64,000 nt of DNA, from positions 70,728,580 through 70,792,579 of the forward strand of contig NC_057718.1 in NCBI RefSeq assembly GCF_004010195.1, written 5' to 3'. This document shows, one piece after another, positions 50,091-63,300 of the stretch. The notes beneath the pieces are model-generated. The model made no database searches. It saw only the letters and a program-made list of their open reading frames with translations, and was not told where the DNA came from. Origin of the DNA: Chiloscyllium plagiosum (lineage: Eukaryota). The number at the start of each line of letters is the position of its first letter. Within the stretch, counting starts at the first letter, position 1. Both the position numbers and the translations under genes were made by a program.

Positions 50091-52169
50091 CCAAAAGTGG
50101 AGCAAGGTCAATTTTGATGGTACTAGACAGGAACTTCAAAGAGTTAATAGACAGGAACTTCAAAGAGACTGTTCACAGGTAAAGAGACATCTGGCAAGGG
50201 GGAGACTTTTGAAACTAAAATAACAAAAGTTCAGGGCCAACATGTTCCTGCTACTGTGAAGAGCAGTGCTGGCAGGAGTAGGGAACACGTGAGATATTGA
50301 GGATCTGGTCGAGAAAAAGGAGGAGACTTATGTCAGATATAAGCAGCTGGGATAAAGTCTGGAAGAATAATTAAGAGGGAAATCAGGAGGGCAAAAAGGG
50401 GACGTGAGAAAGCTTTGGCAGATAAGGTAAAGGAGAATCCAAAGAGATTCTACAAGTATATTAAGGGCAAAAGAATAACAAGGGAGAGATTAGAGCTCCT
50501 TAAACATCAACAAGGTCATCTATATATAGAGCCACAGGAGATGGGTCAGTTCTTAAGTGAATATTTTTCATCAGTATTTATCATGGAGAAAGACATGGAA
50601 GCTAAGGAACTCATGGAAATAAAACATGATGTCTTGAAAAGACTCCTTATTAAAGAAGCAGAGGTGCTGGAGGTCTTAAAATGCATAAAGGTGGGTAAAT
50701 TCCGAGACCTGATCAAGGGTGTACCAGATATTTGTGGGAAGTTAGGGAATAAATTGCTGGGCTTCTAACAAAAACATTTGTATCATTGACAGCCATGGGT
50801 GAGGTGTCAGAAGACTGGAGGGTGGTTAAATGTTGTGTCATTATTTAAGAAAGGCTGCAAGGAAAATCTTTGCAAGGAACTACAGACAGGTGAGCCTTAC
50901 ATCAGTAGTGGGTAAGTTGTTGGAGGGGATCCTGTGAGACAGGACCTACATGCATTTGGAAGGCAGAGGGGCATAAGAACATAAGAACTAGGAGCAGGAG
51001 TAAGCCATCTGGCCTTTCAAGCCTGCTCTACTATTCAATACGATTATAGCTGATCTTTTTGTGACCTCAGTTCCTCTTACCCAGTCTCTCACTATCAACC
51101 TTAATTACTTCATTGTTAAGAAAACATCTATCTTAGCTTTAAAAACATTTACTGAATTAGTGTGAACTACTCCACTGAGCAGGGAATTCCATAGATTCAC
51201 AACCCACTGGGTGAAGAAGTTCCTTCTCAATTCAGTTTTAAATCTGCTTGCCCTAATTTTGAGGTTATGCCCTCTTGTCCTAGTTTCATCTGCCAGTGGA
51301 AACATCCTCTCTACATCAATCTTATCTATTCCTTTCATAATTTTATATGTTTCTATAAATTCCTCCCTCGTTCTTCTAAGTTCCAATGAATATCATCCCA
51401 GTCTGCTCATTTTCTCCTCATAAGCTAACTCCCTCAAATCCCGAATTAACCTCGTGATCCTCCTTTGCACCCCCTCTAGTGCCAGTGCATCCTTTTTCAA
51501 GTAAGGAGACCAAAACCACATGCAGTACTCCAGGTGTGGCCTCACTAGCTCCATACACAGCTGCAACATAACTTCCCTACTTTTAAACTTAACCCGTTTA
51601 GCAATGAAGGCCAAAATTCCATTTGTCTTCCTAATTACCTGCAGACCAACCTTCTGTGATTCATGCACAAGGACTCTCAGGTCCCTCTGCATAGCAGCAT
51701 CCTGCAACATTTTACTATTCAAGTCATAGTCCTTTTTACTGTTACTCCAATCAAAACAGATGACTTCGCATTTATGAACATTGTATTCCATCTGCCAGAC
51801 CTTTGCCCACTCACTTAACGTATCTATGTTCCTCTGGAAAGTTTCACAGTCCTCTGCACACTTTGGTCTGCTATTCATCTTTGTGTCATCTGCAAACTTA
51901 GACATACTACATGTGGTCCCCAACTCCAAATAATTTATGTAACTTGTGAATAATTGTGGTCCTGACACTGATCCCTGAGGCACACCACTAGTTACTGATT
52001 GCCAACCAGATATTATCCCCACTCTCTGTTTCCTGTTAGTTAACGAATCCATTATCCATGCTAACACTGTACCTGTAAAGCCATGCATATTTATTTTATG
52101 CAGCAACCTCTTGTGCAGCACCTTGGCAAAAGCCTTTTCGAAATCGAGGCACGCCATATCTACACTGCC

Positions 52170-52257
52170 CTCCGCCACCCAACCCCATCCAACTCCGCCC
52201 CCTCCCGTCCCCGTCCAATACCGCCCCGCCCCCGTCCAACACCGCCCCACACTCTGC

Positions 52258-52318
<61 letters not shown>

Positions 52319-52542
52319 GGTTAGGGTACACACATCTGTAGAACTCCAGGGAAACTGTGGGGAGAGAGAGAGGGTGGGAGGTCAGTCATTTGGAGACGGT
52401 GCCTATTTAATCACTGTAAACAAAAGACGCGATCACTGTTAGAAACACGTCTTTGATGTAATGTTTCTATCGGGCCCTCAAGATCTCCTTTGGATAATCC
52501 AATTTTCAGATAATTGGTATTCAGATAATCGAGGTTCCTCTG
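52170..52542. mobile_element. Right part of a Tigger-like non-autonomous DNA transposon, including a C-rich tract and poly-G
   Basis: Ends in gataatcgaggttcctctg followed by TA, the same TIR as the MITEs at 16435 and 34271. The left TIR is absent. Confidence 0.65.
52260..52317 (+). repeat. 58-nt poly-G tract
   Basis: Directly visible. Confidence 0.95.
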
Positions 52543-55004
52543 TATATACTTTGGCTGAGCACTTTGAAAAATTGCTTTAAAAGTCCTCCACTGCTCGTCA
52601 ACTGTCCCACCATAAACTCTTTGTTTCCAGTCTACTTTAGCCATGTCCTCCCTCATCCTATTCTAGTCTCCTTTGTTTAAGCACAGGACTCTGGTATTGG
52701 ACTTTACCTTCACACTCTCCATCTGTATTCTAAATTCAACCATACTTTGATCACCATCCAGGCAAATGTGAGGTGATGCATTTTGGGAAGTCTAATTCTT
52801 GAGGAAATTATACAGTAAATGGAAGAGCCTTGGGAAAAGTTGATGAGCAGAGAGATCTGGGAGTTCAGGTCCATTGTACCCTGAAAGTTGCTGCACAGGT
52901 GGATAAAGTGGTCAAGAAGGCATATGGTATACTTGCTTTCATCAGACAGGGTACTGAGTATAAGAGCTGGCAGGTCATGCTAAAATTGTACATGACGTTG
53001 GTTAGGCCGCATTTAGAATACTGTGTACGGTTCTGGTTGCCATATTACCAAAAGGATGTGGATGCTTTGGAGAGGGTGCAGAGAGGTTTACAAGGATGTT
53101 GCCTGGTATGAAAGGTGAACATAGAACATAGAACATTACAGCGCAGTACAGGCCCTTCAGCCCTCAATGTTGTGCTGCCCTGTCATACTAATCTGAAGCC
53201 CATCCCACCTACACTATTCCATGTACATCCATGTGCCTGTCCAATGATGATTTAAATGCACTTAAACTTGGCGAATCTACTACCATTGCAGGCAAAGCAT
53301 TCCATACCCTTACTACTCTCTGAGTAAAGAAGGTGCTAGATATGAAGAGATGTTGAGTAGGTTAGGTTTGTTTTCATTAGAAAAAAGGTGAGGGGGGACC
53401 TGATTGAGGTCTACAAAATCATGAAGGGTATAGATAAGGTATATAGAGATAAGCTTTTTCCCAGGTTGAAAGATTCAATAATGAGAGGTCACGCTTTCAA
53501 GGTGAGAGGTGAAAAGTTTAAGGGGGATACACGTGGCAAGTACTTTACACAGAAGTGGTAGGTGCCTGGAACACGTTGCCTGCAGAGGTAGGAGAGGCAG
53601 CCACAATGGATTCATTTAAGATACTTCTGGACGATGCATGAGTAGGTGGGGAGCAGAGAGATACAGATGCTTAGAAATTGGGTGACAGGTTTAGACAGTA
53701 GATTTGGATCAGCTCAGACTTGGAGGGTCCAAGAGCCTGTTCCTGAGCTGTAAATTTTCTTTGTTCTTCTATGTTCTTCTTGTTCACTCCTTCCAAGAGG
53801 ATCCGTAACTATGAGGTCATTAATTATTCTTATCTCATTACACAGGACCAGATTTAGGATAGCTTCCTCCCTTGTCGGCCCACTACATACTGTTCAAGAA
53901 AAATATCATGGATACACTCGACAAACTCCTCAAGGCTACCCTGACAGAGCTGGTTCGACCAATGAGCATCTAGATTAAAATACCTCATGATAATTTATCT
54001 GTTTACTGCGCACCTCAATGTGATATTATTATTTGGAGGACTATCGACTACGCCTATCAGTGATTTTTTTCTTCTTAGAATTTCTAATTCCCACCCAAAT
54101 GGATTCAATATTATTCTCCATAGAACCTGTATCATCTCTCAGCATCACCCTGATGTTGTCCTTGAATATCAGTGCTACACCACCTCCCTTACCTTCCTGT
54201 CTGTCCTTCTGAATAGTCTGATACCCTTCGATATTTAACTCCCAGTCATAACCATTCTGTAACCATGTCTCTGTAATGGCTACAAATCATATTCATTCGC
54301 AATGATTTGTGCCATTAATTCATCAAGCTTGTTATGAATGCTACGAGCATTGTGGAGAAGGTTATCAAAGATCAACTGGATCTTTTCATTGGGCCAAGAA
54401 TGGCAGATGGAGTTTAATTCAGATAAATGCAAGGTGTTGCATTTTGGTAATATAAACCAGGGCAGGACGTGCACAGTTAATTGTAGTGCCCTGGGTATGT
54501 TGTCAAACAGAGAAACCTATGAGTGCAGGGGCATAGTTCCTTGAAAGTGGCATCACAGGTAGAGAGGATGGTGAAGGCAACATTTGGCACACGCCTTTGT
54601 TGGTCAGAACACTGAGTACAGGTGTTTGGACTTCATGTTACAACTGTACTAGATATTGGTAAAGCCACATTTGGAGTATTGCGTGCAAATCGGGTCACCC
54701 TGCTACAGAAAAACTGTTACTGAACTCGAAAGAGTGCAAAACTTTTACTGGGATATCACCGAGCCTGGAAGGTTTGAGTTATAAAGAGAGGCTGGATAGG
54801 CTGAGACGGTTTCCCTGGAATGAGGAAGGCTGAGGGGTGACCTTGAAGAGATTTATAAAATCATGAGGGGCATGGATAGGTGAATAGCCAAGGTCTTTTC
54901 CCTTGGGTGAGTCCAGAACTAGAGGAATAGGTTTCAGGTGAGAAGGAAAAGATTTGAAAGATATCTAAGGGGCAACTTTTTTACACACAGGGTGGTGCGT
55001 ATGT

Positions 55005-55228
55005 GGGAATCGGTTTAGCTCATTTGGCTGGATTTTTTTTTGCAAAGCAGTGTGATGCCAACAGCGTGGATTCAATTCCCATCACCGGTTTGAAGTTGCC
55101 ATGAAGGACTCTCCTTCTTAATCTCTTTCTTTGCCTGAGGTCTGGTGACCCTCAAGTTAAATCACTACCAGTCGCTTCTCCCTAATGAGAAAGCAACCCC
55201 TATGGTCTGGTAAGACTATGGCGACACA
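55005..55228 (+). mobile_element. tRNA-derived SINE, not HE1, inserted in CR1
   Basis: A-box-like tagctcatttgg and B-box-like ggattcaattcc, a distinct body, and a tail ending ggtaagactatggcgac. CR1 sequence resumes on both sides. Confidence 0.7.
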
Positions 55229-57258
55229 ACAAAATTTTGATGTGCATATAGAACAAGCTGCCGAGGAAGTGTTTGAGTTGGGTACAATTACAACATTGTA
55301 ATGACATTCAGACAGGTACTTGGATCAGAAAGATTTCGAGGGCCAAATTCAGGTAAATAGGATTAGTTCAGTTTAGGAAGCCTCATTGGCATGGCCGAAT
55401 TGTGCTGAAGGGCCTGTTTCCATGCTGTGCAACTCTCTGAGACTATGCTGACATATGATATATTTCTAAACTAAAACCTTTATCCCTCTATTCCCTGCTA
55501 TTCATATATCTGTCAATATGTCTCTTAAATATTGCTATTGTACCCACCTCCACCACTTCTTCTGGCAGCGCACTCCAGGAATTTACCACCCTCTGTGTAA
55601 AAAACTTACATCTTACATCTCCTTTAAACATACCCCCTTCTACCTTAATCTTATGTCCCCTATGAATTGACATTTCTACCCTGTAAAAGAGACTCCAACT
55701 ATACATTCTATCAATGTCTCTCATAATTTTGTAAACTTCTATCAGGTCACTTCTCAGACCCTGACATTCAAGTGAAAACAAACTGAGTTTGTCCAATCTC
55801 TTCTCAAAGCTTCTACGCTCCCAATCAGGCAACATCCTGGTAAACTATTTCTGCACATTCTCCAAAGCCACCACGTCCTTCTGATTGTGCGGTGACCAGA
55901 ACTATCTGTATATGGAATATTCCAAAGGCCTAACAAAAGTTCAATACAGCTTCAAAGTGACTTTCCAGTTTTTACACACTTATGACCCAAATGATTAAAG
56001 CAAGCATGTTCTACTTCTTCTGGATCACCTTATCTTTTATTGACTTGTGTAGCCACTTTCAGGGAACTGTGAACCTTACACATAGATCCCTCTGTATGTT
56101 AGTGCATCTAAGGGTTCTGTCATTTACTGTACACTGCCATTCTGCATTAGAGTCTCCAAAATGCATCACCTCACATTTTCCAGTTTAAACTCCATCTGCC
56201 ATTTCTCCACCCAATATATAATAATGCAATGTATAAATTACAAGTAAAAGGGGTCTCAGGACCGGTTGCTGTGGGACACTGTTGGGCCACAGATCTCCAA
56301 ACAGAAAAATATCCTTCCACTGCTCCTCTATCTCTTCTAAAACTGAACCAGTCATGCAACCATTTTACCAGCTTACTACCAGAAGATGTGACTTCATATT
56401 CTGTATCTGCCTGCCATGTGGGACCTTATCAAAAGTGTTGTGAAAGTCCATGTGGACATTATCACCCTATCCTCATCAATTATGTTTGTCACTTCCTCAA
56501 AAAAACTCAATCAGTTTTGTGAGACTTCCCTGCACAAGCCATGCTGCCTATCACTAATAAGTCCAATCTTGCCGAAATGTGAATAAATCCTGTCCCCAAG
56601 AATCTTCAATAATTTCTCTACCACTGATGTAAGGCTCACTGGCCTGTAATTTTCCAGATTAATCCCTTCTTAAACAAAGGAACACCACTGATATTTTCCA
56701 GTCATCAGAGACCTTTCCTGTGATGAGAGAGGAAAAAAACTTTCTGTAGAAGGTCCAAGCATTTGCTTCCCTTAGCCTTGTAGGATGGATCCCATCTGGG
56801 GACCTGTCTCCCTTAGTGCTTTTCAAAACACCCAACACATCTTTTTTATATTTACATGCCCTAGAATATCAACATACCCCTTCCAAGATTCACCATACAC
56901 GATGCCTTTCTCCTTTGTGAATACCGATGCAAAGTACTCATTCAGGACCTCACCCATTTATGGAGGATTAGCATCATACAGCACAGAAACAGGCCCTATA
57001 GCCCAATTTGTCCATGTTTACCAGTTTTCTAAACTGAACCACTTCCATGCCTACATTTGGCCCATATCCCTCAAAATCTTTCCTATACATGAACCTGTTC
57101 AAATGTCTTTTAAATGTTGTAATTGTATTCACCTCTAAGACTTCCTCATACACATATACACATGACCCTTCCTCTGGCTCCTCACACAATTTCCCTTCTT
57201 TGTCCTTGAATGGACCTACTCTTTTCCTAGCTATCTTACCATACCTTACTTCGTTAAA

Positions 57259-57460
57259 AATGACACAATATCAGGTTATAGTCCAACAGGTTTATTTGGA
57301 AGCACTACCTTTTGAGGTGCTGCCTCTTCACAACCAGTTGGTGAACAGGCAGCGCCTCAAAAGCTAGTGTTTTCGAATAAACCTGTTGGACTATAACCTG
57401 GTGTTGTGTGACTTTAACTTTGTTCACCCCTGTCCAATACTGGCACCTCCAAATCATGAC
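57259..57460. mobile_element. PLE family-C fold-back element (decayed hammerhead cores)
   Basis: Inverted arms caggttatagtccaacaggtttattt / aataaacctgttggactataacctg. Confidence 0.85.
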
Positions 57461-58514
57461 AAGTTCGCTTTGAGCAGCTTGAAAATGAACTGTTTCTGAA
57501 TCTTGTTGTACATTTCAGTTTCTATCCGTACTATTTCAGATAGACTGGCAAGCAATATTAAAACATTAAAAACAATGCAGTCACAGTTCACTTGTAAGAT
57601 ATGTATATGTTCTTACTTTTCAAATAGTTGCATTTCTAAAAGAAGGGCATTCAATCCATTGAGTCCATCCTAAATATCAGACGGCAATTTAGTTGGTCTC
57701 ACAATACCAGTTCATTCCCAGTAGCCCTGCAATTTTTCTCTTCCTCTTGGAAGTTACAATTGAATCTGCCAGTCCTCCAAGGCTGACATTCCTGTCACTG
57801 CATACCAGGTACTGAACCCTCAGGAACCCCACTCTATACTTTCCTCAAGTTTTAAAACTTACTATTCAACATTTCTCTTTATTTCTTGTCAGTCAAAACA
57901 ATTTTGTATTTATATTACCACTGTCCCTTTGATCCCATGAGTTCAACTTTGCTGGCAAACTTATTATGACGTACTATCAACATCTTTTGGAGGTCCACAT
58001 TGCCCGCAACAACAGAAATACCCTTATCAACACTCTTCAACACTTCATCAAAAAGCAAATAAAAATGGTTAAATGTAATTTGGTCTTAATAAATTCAGAC
58101 TGGCTTTCCTTAATTAGTCTGGACTTGTCCAAATGACCATTAAATTTTTGTGTTAGTTTATTGTTTCTAAAATGTTCCCCACTACCCAAACTGGTGTGTA
58201 GTTCCTCAGTGTATCCATACACACTATTTGTTTTGAGCAAAAATGAAACATTTACAATTTGACAGCCCTCTGACTGCTACACTAAATGAGGATTGGAAGA
58301 CCATGCCAATATCTCTGCAATTTCTATATTCCTCTATGAGCACCTCCAGATGGGTTCATCCAGACTTTGTCAACTTTAAATCAGCACTCTAATTTTTCAT
58401 CATGATATCAAGTTTTACTGCACTCAGTACCTCAGCCATCTCTTCATATTATGTGACAGTAGCAGCAACTTTTTCATTCATAAAAGACAGGCAAAGTATT
58501 CAAAGTAGAGCAAA

Positions 58515-59165
58515 CACAACTGGGGAGACAAAACGCAGGCTAGGTAACTGCTTTGCAAAACATTCATGCTCGGTCTACAAAAATGGCTCAGAACTTCCTG
58601 TTGCCTGCCACTTCAACACACCACATGTTCCCTGGCTGACATCTATGTCTCAGGTTTACTGTAGTGCTACAGTGGAGCTCACCATGAACTGGAAGAAATG
58701 CATCCCATTTCATGTTTGGGGACCCAAATTTAGGGCCTAAGCACTTCTCCTATATCCTTACCCCAAACCCTCACACACCAAGCCTTGTCATCACATGGTG
58801 TGCTACCACAAACATCCCATTTGTCAGCCACTAATGATCCCCATTAGTAGCTATTGATTCTCCCAGGCTGACATTTACCCATTCCTTTGGTTACCCAGTT
58901 GTTTTTTTTCTCTCTCTCTCTCTCTCTGGGCTCCAACCCCATCTATTGCTTAATCATGCACCCACCCTCATTGCATCTTCAGCATATATATATATATATA
59001 TATATATACACCTTTTCCTTACTAAAGTCAGATCTGAAAAAGGGTCACTAGACTGAAAACATGCATTTTGCTTTCTCTCCACAGATGCTACCTGACATGC
59101 TGAGTTTTTCCTGCAATTTCTGGGGGGGTTTCTGATTCCCAGCAACAGTTCTTTGGTTTCCTTTG
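58515..59165 (+). mobile_element. Penelope 3' end: GIY-YIG fragment joined to family-B hammerhead tail
   Basis: GETKRRLGNCFAKH..SV....LPVACHFN, then a pyrimidine-rich region with (ct)n and (at)n, then ctgaaaaagggtcactagactgaaaacat at about 59034 and the family-B tail. Confidence 0.82.
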
Positions 59166-60009
59166 TTCAAAATTTCATAGTTTTGCACATTCAATATTTT
59201 GCTATACAATTGAGAACTGTAATAAAATCTGCAATAAATATGCAACTTATTTCTAATACCCAGCTTAACATGTGGTAAACATGGATTACTGTGATAAAAG
59301 GCCTCACTGCTCAGATGCAGATGCAGTCAAGACCAATCCACAGATTTCTCAGTAACCCAGCAGACACGACTGGCACAGTCTGTTTGATCACTCTTCTTTC
59401 CAAGTTCGCCGGACTCCAAAAACTGCACCCCAGTACTAACTTGCTAACATAGCTTTTCATCACTGGCTAAATTCGCCGATTCAGCTTTTCTCTGATCTCT
59501 AGTCTTACTCAATTACATCAAGAAAATACTGCTTGGAACATTTCACCAGTTACTCACAACAATCTAATTGGGAACGCCACTACTTCCACATAATTGGGTT
59601 CACTATTAATGGGTTTAGATAAACTGTGACATCAACTGACAAAGTTTCAGGATAATCAAAATTATTTTGGTCAGGGCCAATCTGACATCTCACTACTTGG
59701 GAATGGTGTACCTCAACTTTAGTTCAGCTCCAAAATCACGCATCTTAAAATCTTGAGTAGATAGCACTTGGAGCTAATATAATTTTTCACATCAGGCCAT
59801 GCATGAAATGTGTTTTAACAGTTCAGGGCAGCTCCTACCAGACATGGTCCAACAGCACAAAGGTGGGAAAGTATAAGAACACCAGTACCCATCATCTTGA
59901 TAAAATCAGGGCATTCCATTGGTTGACACACGACAATATAATAGAGGATGTCTAGTAGGACAATCTTACAGCTTCTGGCCTATCCATAAATCATAGAATG
60001 GTGACAGCA

Positions 60010-60440
60010 TAGGAGGTGGAGGAGGAGGAGCAGGAGAAGGAGGAGGAGGTGAGGACTGAAGATGCTGGAGAGCAGAATCAAAATGTGTAGCGCTGGAAAA
60101 GCACAGGATGTCAGGCAGCATTCGAGGAGCAGGGAAATCAACATTTCAGGCATAAACCCTCCATCAGGAATGTGGAGGGGCAAGGGGGCTGACAGATAAA
60201 TAAGAGGGGGTGGTGGGGCTGGGGGGAAGGTAGCTGGGAAGGCAATAGGTAGATGCAGGTGGGGGGTGATGGTGATAGTTTAGAGTGGAGAGTGGAGCAG
60301 ATAGGTGGAAAGGAAGATGGACAGGTAGGACAGTTCAAAGAGGATGGTGTCGAGATAGAGGGTTGGATCTGAGATAAGGTAGGAGAGGGGAGATGAGGAA
60401 ACAGGTGAAATTGATGTTGATGCCATTCGTTGGAGGGTCA
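60010..60440 (-). mobile_element. Penelope 3' end, family A
   Basis: Reverse-complement homologue of 363-732, with degenerate core attcCTGATGGAGGGTttatGCCTGAAATGTT. Confidence 0.78.
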
Positions 60441-61162
60441 CAGGCCAATTTGGCCATCAAGTCTGTGCTGACTCTGAAAGACCTATTCACAAAGTGAATA
60501 ATAATCTAATCTTTTTTGAATGACTTGATTCAACTGACTTGCACTATATTTTTAGGCAGTAGATTTCAAACTCTAACATGATGTCTGAGAAAGTTTTTCT
60601 TACGTTACCACTGTTTCTTTTGTCAACTACCTTAAAAGGTACCCTCAGAATCTTGATGCTTCCATCAATGGAGCAGTTTCTATCTATTCTACCAGGACCC
60701 CCTCATGATTTTGAGCACCCTCATCAATTCGCTCTCAACCTTCCCTTCTCCAAGGTACACAGTGTCAACTTCTTCAAATCTATTTACATGATTAAAGATC
60801 CCCATCTCTGAAATCACTCTTGTGAATCTTTTCTGCACTTTCTACAGTGTCTTCATACTCTTCCAGATCTGGAAGCAATGTTCCATTTATGGCAAAGCAG
60901 TATTCCACAGATATTTAACACAGCCTCCTTGTTTTTATACTCAATGCCCCAATTAATGAAGCCTTGAGGCCAAATGCTTTATTAACCTTTCTCTCAACCT
61001 GCTACCTTTATTCACATATACACCTCTATCCTCTGCTCCTGCATCCTCTAGAATTGTGCCCTTTATTTCATATTATCTGCCTGCATTCTTCCTACCATGA
61101 ATCACTTCACACGCTTATGGATGCCCCAGGACCAGCCTGCCATCAACATATCAACAACTAGT

Positions 61163-61558
61163 TGTGTTCAATTGATCAGGGTGATTGAGCCCTGATCGAT
61201 CGATTGGTGGACATTGAAGAGTCTCCCAAAAGGGCGTGACGACTTTTAAGTATAAGCATCGTTGCAACACCACCCTCAGAAGTGGTAACTCGAGAACAAC
61301 CACCATGAAGGGAAGATACCCCTGAGACCAGCAGGAGAAAAATGCCAGACGATCACTGCCATGTGGGTCAAAGCCAAGATCTAATGTGTTATATGATCAT
61401 GCAGAGTTAGGTTAAAGCACAAGATAGTTGATTAAATAGTGTTAGTATAAAGTGTTAGTTTGTATTGTATTTTATTATTATAATATTAATTGTATTAAAT
61501 AAATGTCGTTTAAGAATTGACTCACAGTTTCTTTGCTAGAAATAAGAGTTAATACACA
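61163..61558 (+). mobile_element. Candidate solo LTR
   Basis: About 395 bp, begins TGTG and ends CACA, with a TATA-like tataag at about 61251 and AATAAA at about 61498. CpG-retaining and sharply different from its flanks. No TSD found. Confidence 0.5.
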
Positions 61559-61559
61559 C

Positions 61560-62340
61560 TGTGTGGCAGGCTCAACACCTTCATTGGTCAGTGCACTGAA
61601 TATAGGAGTTGAGTGTCATGTTGTGGCTGTACAGGATATGATATAGAGATGCTAATGTTGGACTGGAGTGGAGAAGTCAGAAGTCACACATCATCAGATT
61701 ATAGTCCAATAGGTTTATTTAAAATCACGAGCTTTCAGAGCACAGCTGATGAAGGATCAGCGCTGCAAAAGCTTGTGATTTTAAATACGCCTGTTGGACT
61801 ATATTCTTTGGTGCTGTGTGACTTCTGATTTTATAGAGGGCACTTTCAGAATACTGTGATCAATTCTGGTCTCCCTGCTATAGGAACGATGTTGTTAAAC
61901 CTGAAAAGGTTTGGAAAAGATTTACAAAGACGTTGCCAGGATTGGAGAGCTCTGGGGAGAGGCTGAATAGGCTGGGGCTTTTTCCTCCTGGAGCACTAAA
62001 GGCTGAGTGGTGGTCTTATAGAAGTTTATAAAATCATGAGGGGCATGAATAGGGTCAGTAGCCAAGGTCTTTCTCCCTGTGTAGGGGAGGCCAAAGAGGG
62101 CACAATTTTAAAGTGAGAGGGGAAAGATTTAAATTGGACCTGAGAGGCAACTTGTTCATGCGGAGAGTGGTGGAGACAGGTACAATTATAACAGTTTAAA
62201 GACATCTGAATGGGTACATGAAAATGAAGGGCTAAAAGGATGCTGGTAAATGGTCCTGGATCAGTTTAGGATATCTGGTCAGCATGGATCTGGAATTGGA
62301 AGGAAGGGTCTGTTTCTGAGCTGTACAACTCTAAGACACT
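61560..62340 (+). mobile_element. CR1 3' fragment with nested PLE family-C fold-back (about 61640-61834)
   Basis: CR1 motifs are interrupted by inverted arms tcagaagtcacaca...gtccaa / ttggactat...tgtgtgacttctga, with ctgatgaagg at about 61746. Confidence 0.8.
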
Positions 62341-62964
62341 TAAGGTGCATACTTTACCCCTACTTGCATGTGTCCTATTTTCCAGAAAGTGGAATAATAA
62401 AATACAAATTAGACAAATTCAATTGCACATTTAGAGCTGGAGACCACCCAAATTCCCACACAAAACAAGTGCCAAAGCACTTGTTAGATGAGCTAACTGG
62501 CATTTCTGAACAAAAGCACATCAAATATTGAAGGTGCCAACAGCTCTAGGAGGTATTTGTTAGTCTTTACTGATCAAAACCTATCAAATATGGGTTATTC
62601 ATTTCTAGACATGGTCCTTTCGACAATACAAATTAACTGAAACCTTTTCATTATATAAAGTGCACAGCCATACTGCAATCAACATGAATAAACTTCATGG
62701 GTCCTGAGAGATTATTTTGCAGGATATTCATGCTTGGTAAACATTTGCCCAAATCTTTGTTTCCAGAATAGAGAGGTGATGAATCTCAGGAAGTGTGCAT
62801 CAGCATTGTGCAGAACTCTTGATGCGTATTTATACATGAATAATAGCAGAGAAAGTTTAAATATCTAATGGGCTGATTCCCTGCTTCCAAAGAATTTCTG
62901 CAAACACCTTGAGAAAGGTGATGCTGAGCTGCCTTCTTAAATGGCTGGAGTTAAGAAATCAGTA

Positions 62965-63300
62965 AGAATCCCTACAGTGCAGAGACCATTGGGCCTATCA
63001 AGTCCTTTCCCACCACCCAAAGACTTTCCCAACCAAACCCAAAGCCCCCATCCTATCCCCGCAACCTCACATTGGTCATGGCTAATCCACCTTGCCAGGA
63101 CATCCCTGCACAACATGAGGCAATTTAACACAGCTAATCCACCGAACCTGCATATCTTCAGGCTGTGCAAGGAAACCAAAATACCTGGCAAAAACCCACA
63201 CAGACAAGCGCAGAATGTGCAAATTCCACATAGTCACCCAAATCTGGAACCAAGGTCCCTGATCCTGAGAGGCAGTAGTGTTATCCATTGAGCCACCACA
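62965..63300 (-). mobile_element. Old HE1-type V-SINE
   Basis: Diverged reverse complement of the head, V-domain and tail. Confidence 0.75.

Larger units (their letters stand above)
50095..57240. mobile_element. Dense nested CR1 cluster, both strands
   Basis: Multiple RT and APE fragments, including an open minus-strand RT stretch (about 51393-52165: DFEKAFAKVLH, GVPQGSV, KFADDTK). Confidence 0.88.

Noticed and set aside
50124..50167. 20-bp local duplication tagacaggaacttcaaagag
   Set aside because: An ordinary slippage-type duplication in a decayed LINE.
51393..52331. 312-aa ORF with a polyproline N-terminus
   Set aside because: The prolines come from the poly-G tract read into a CR1 RT fragment; it is not a host gene.
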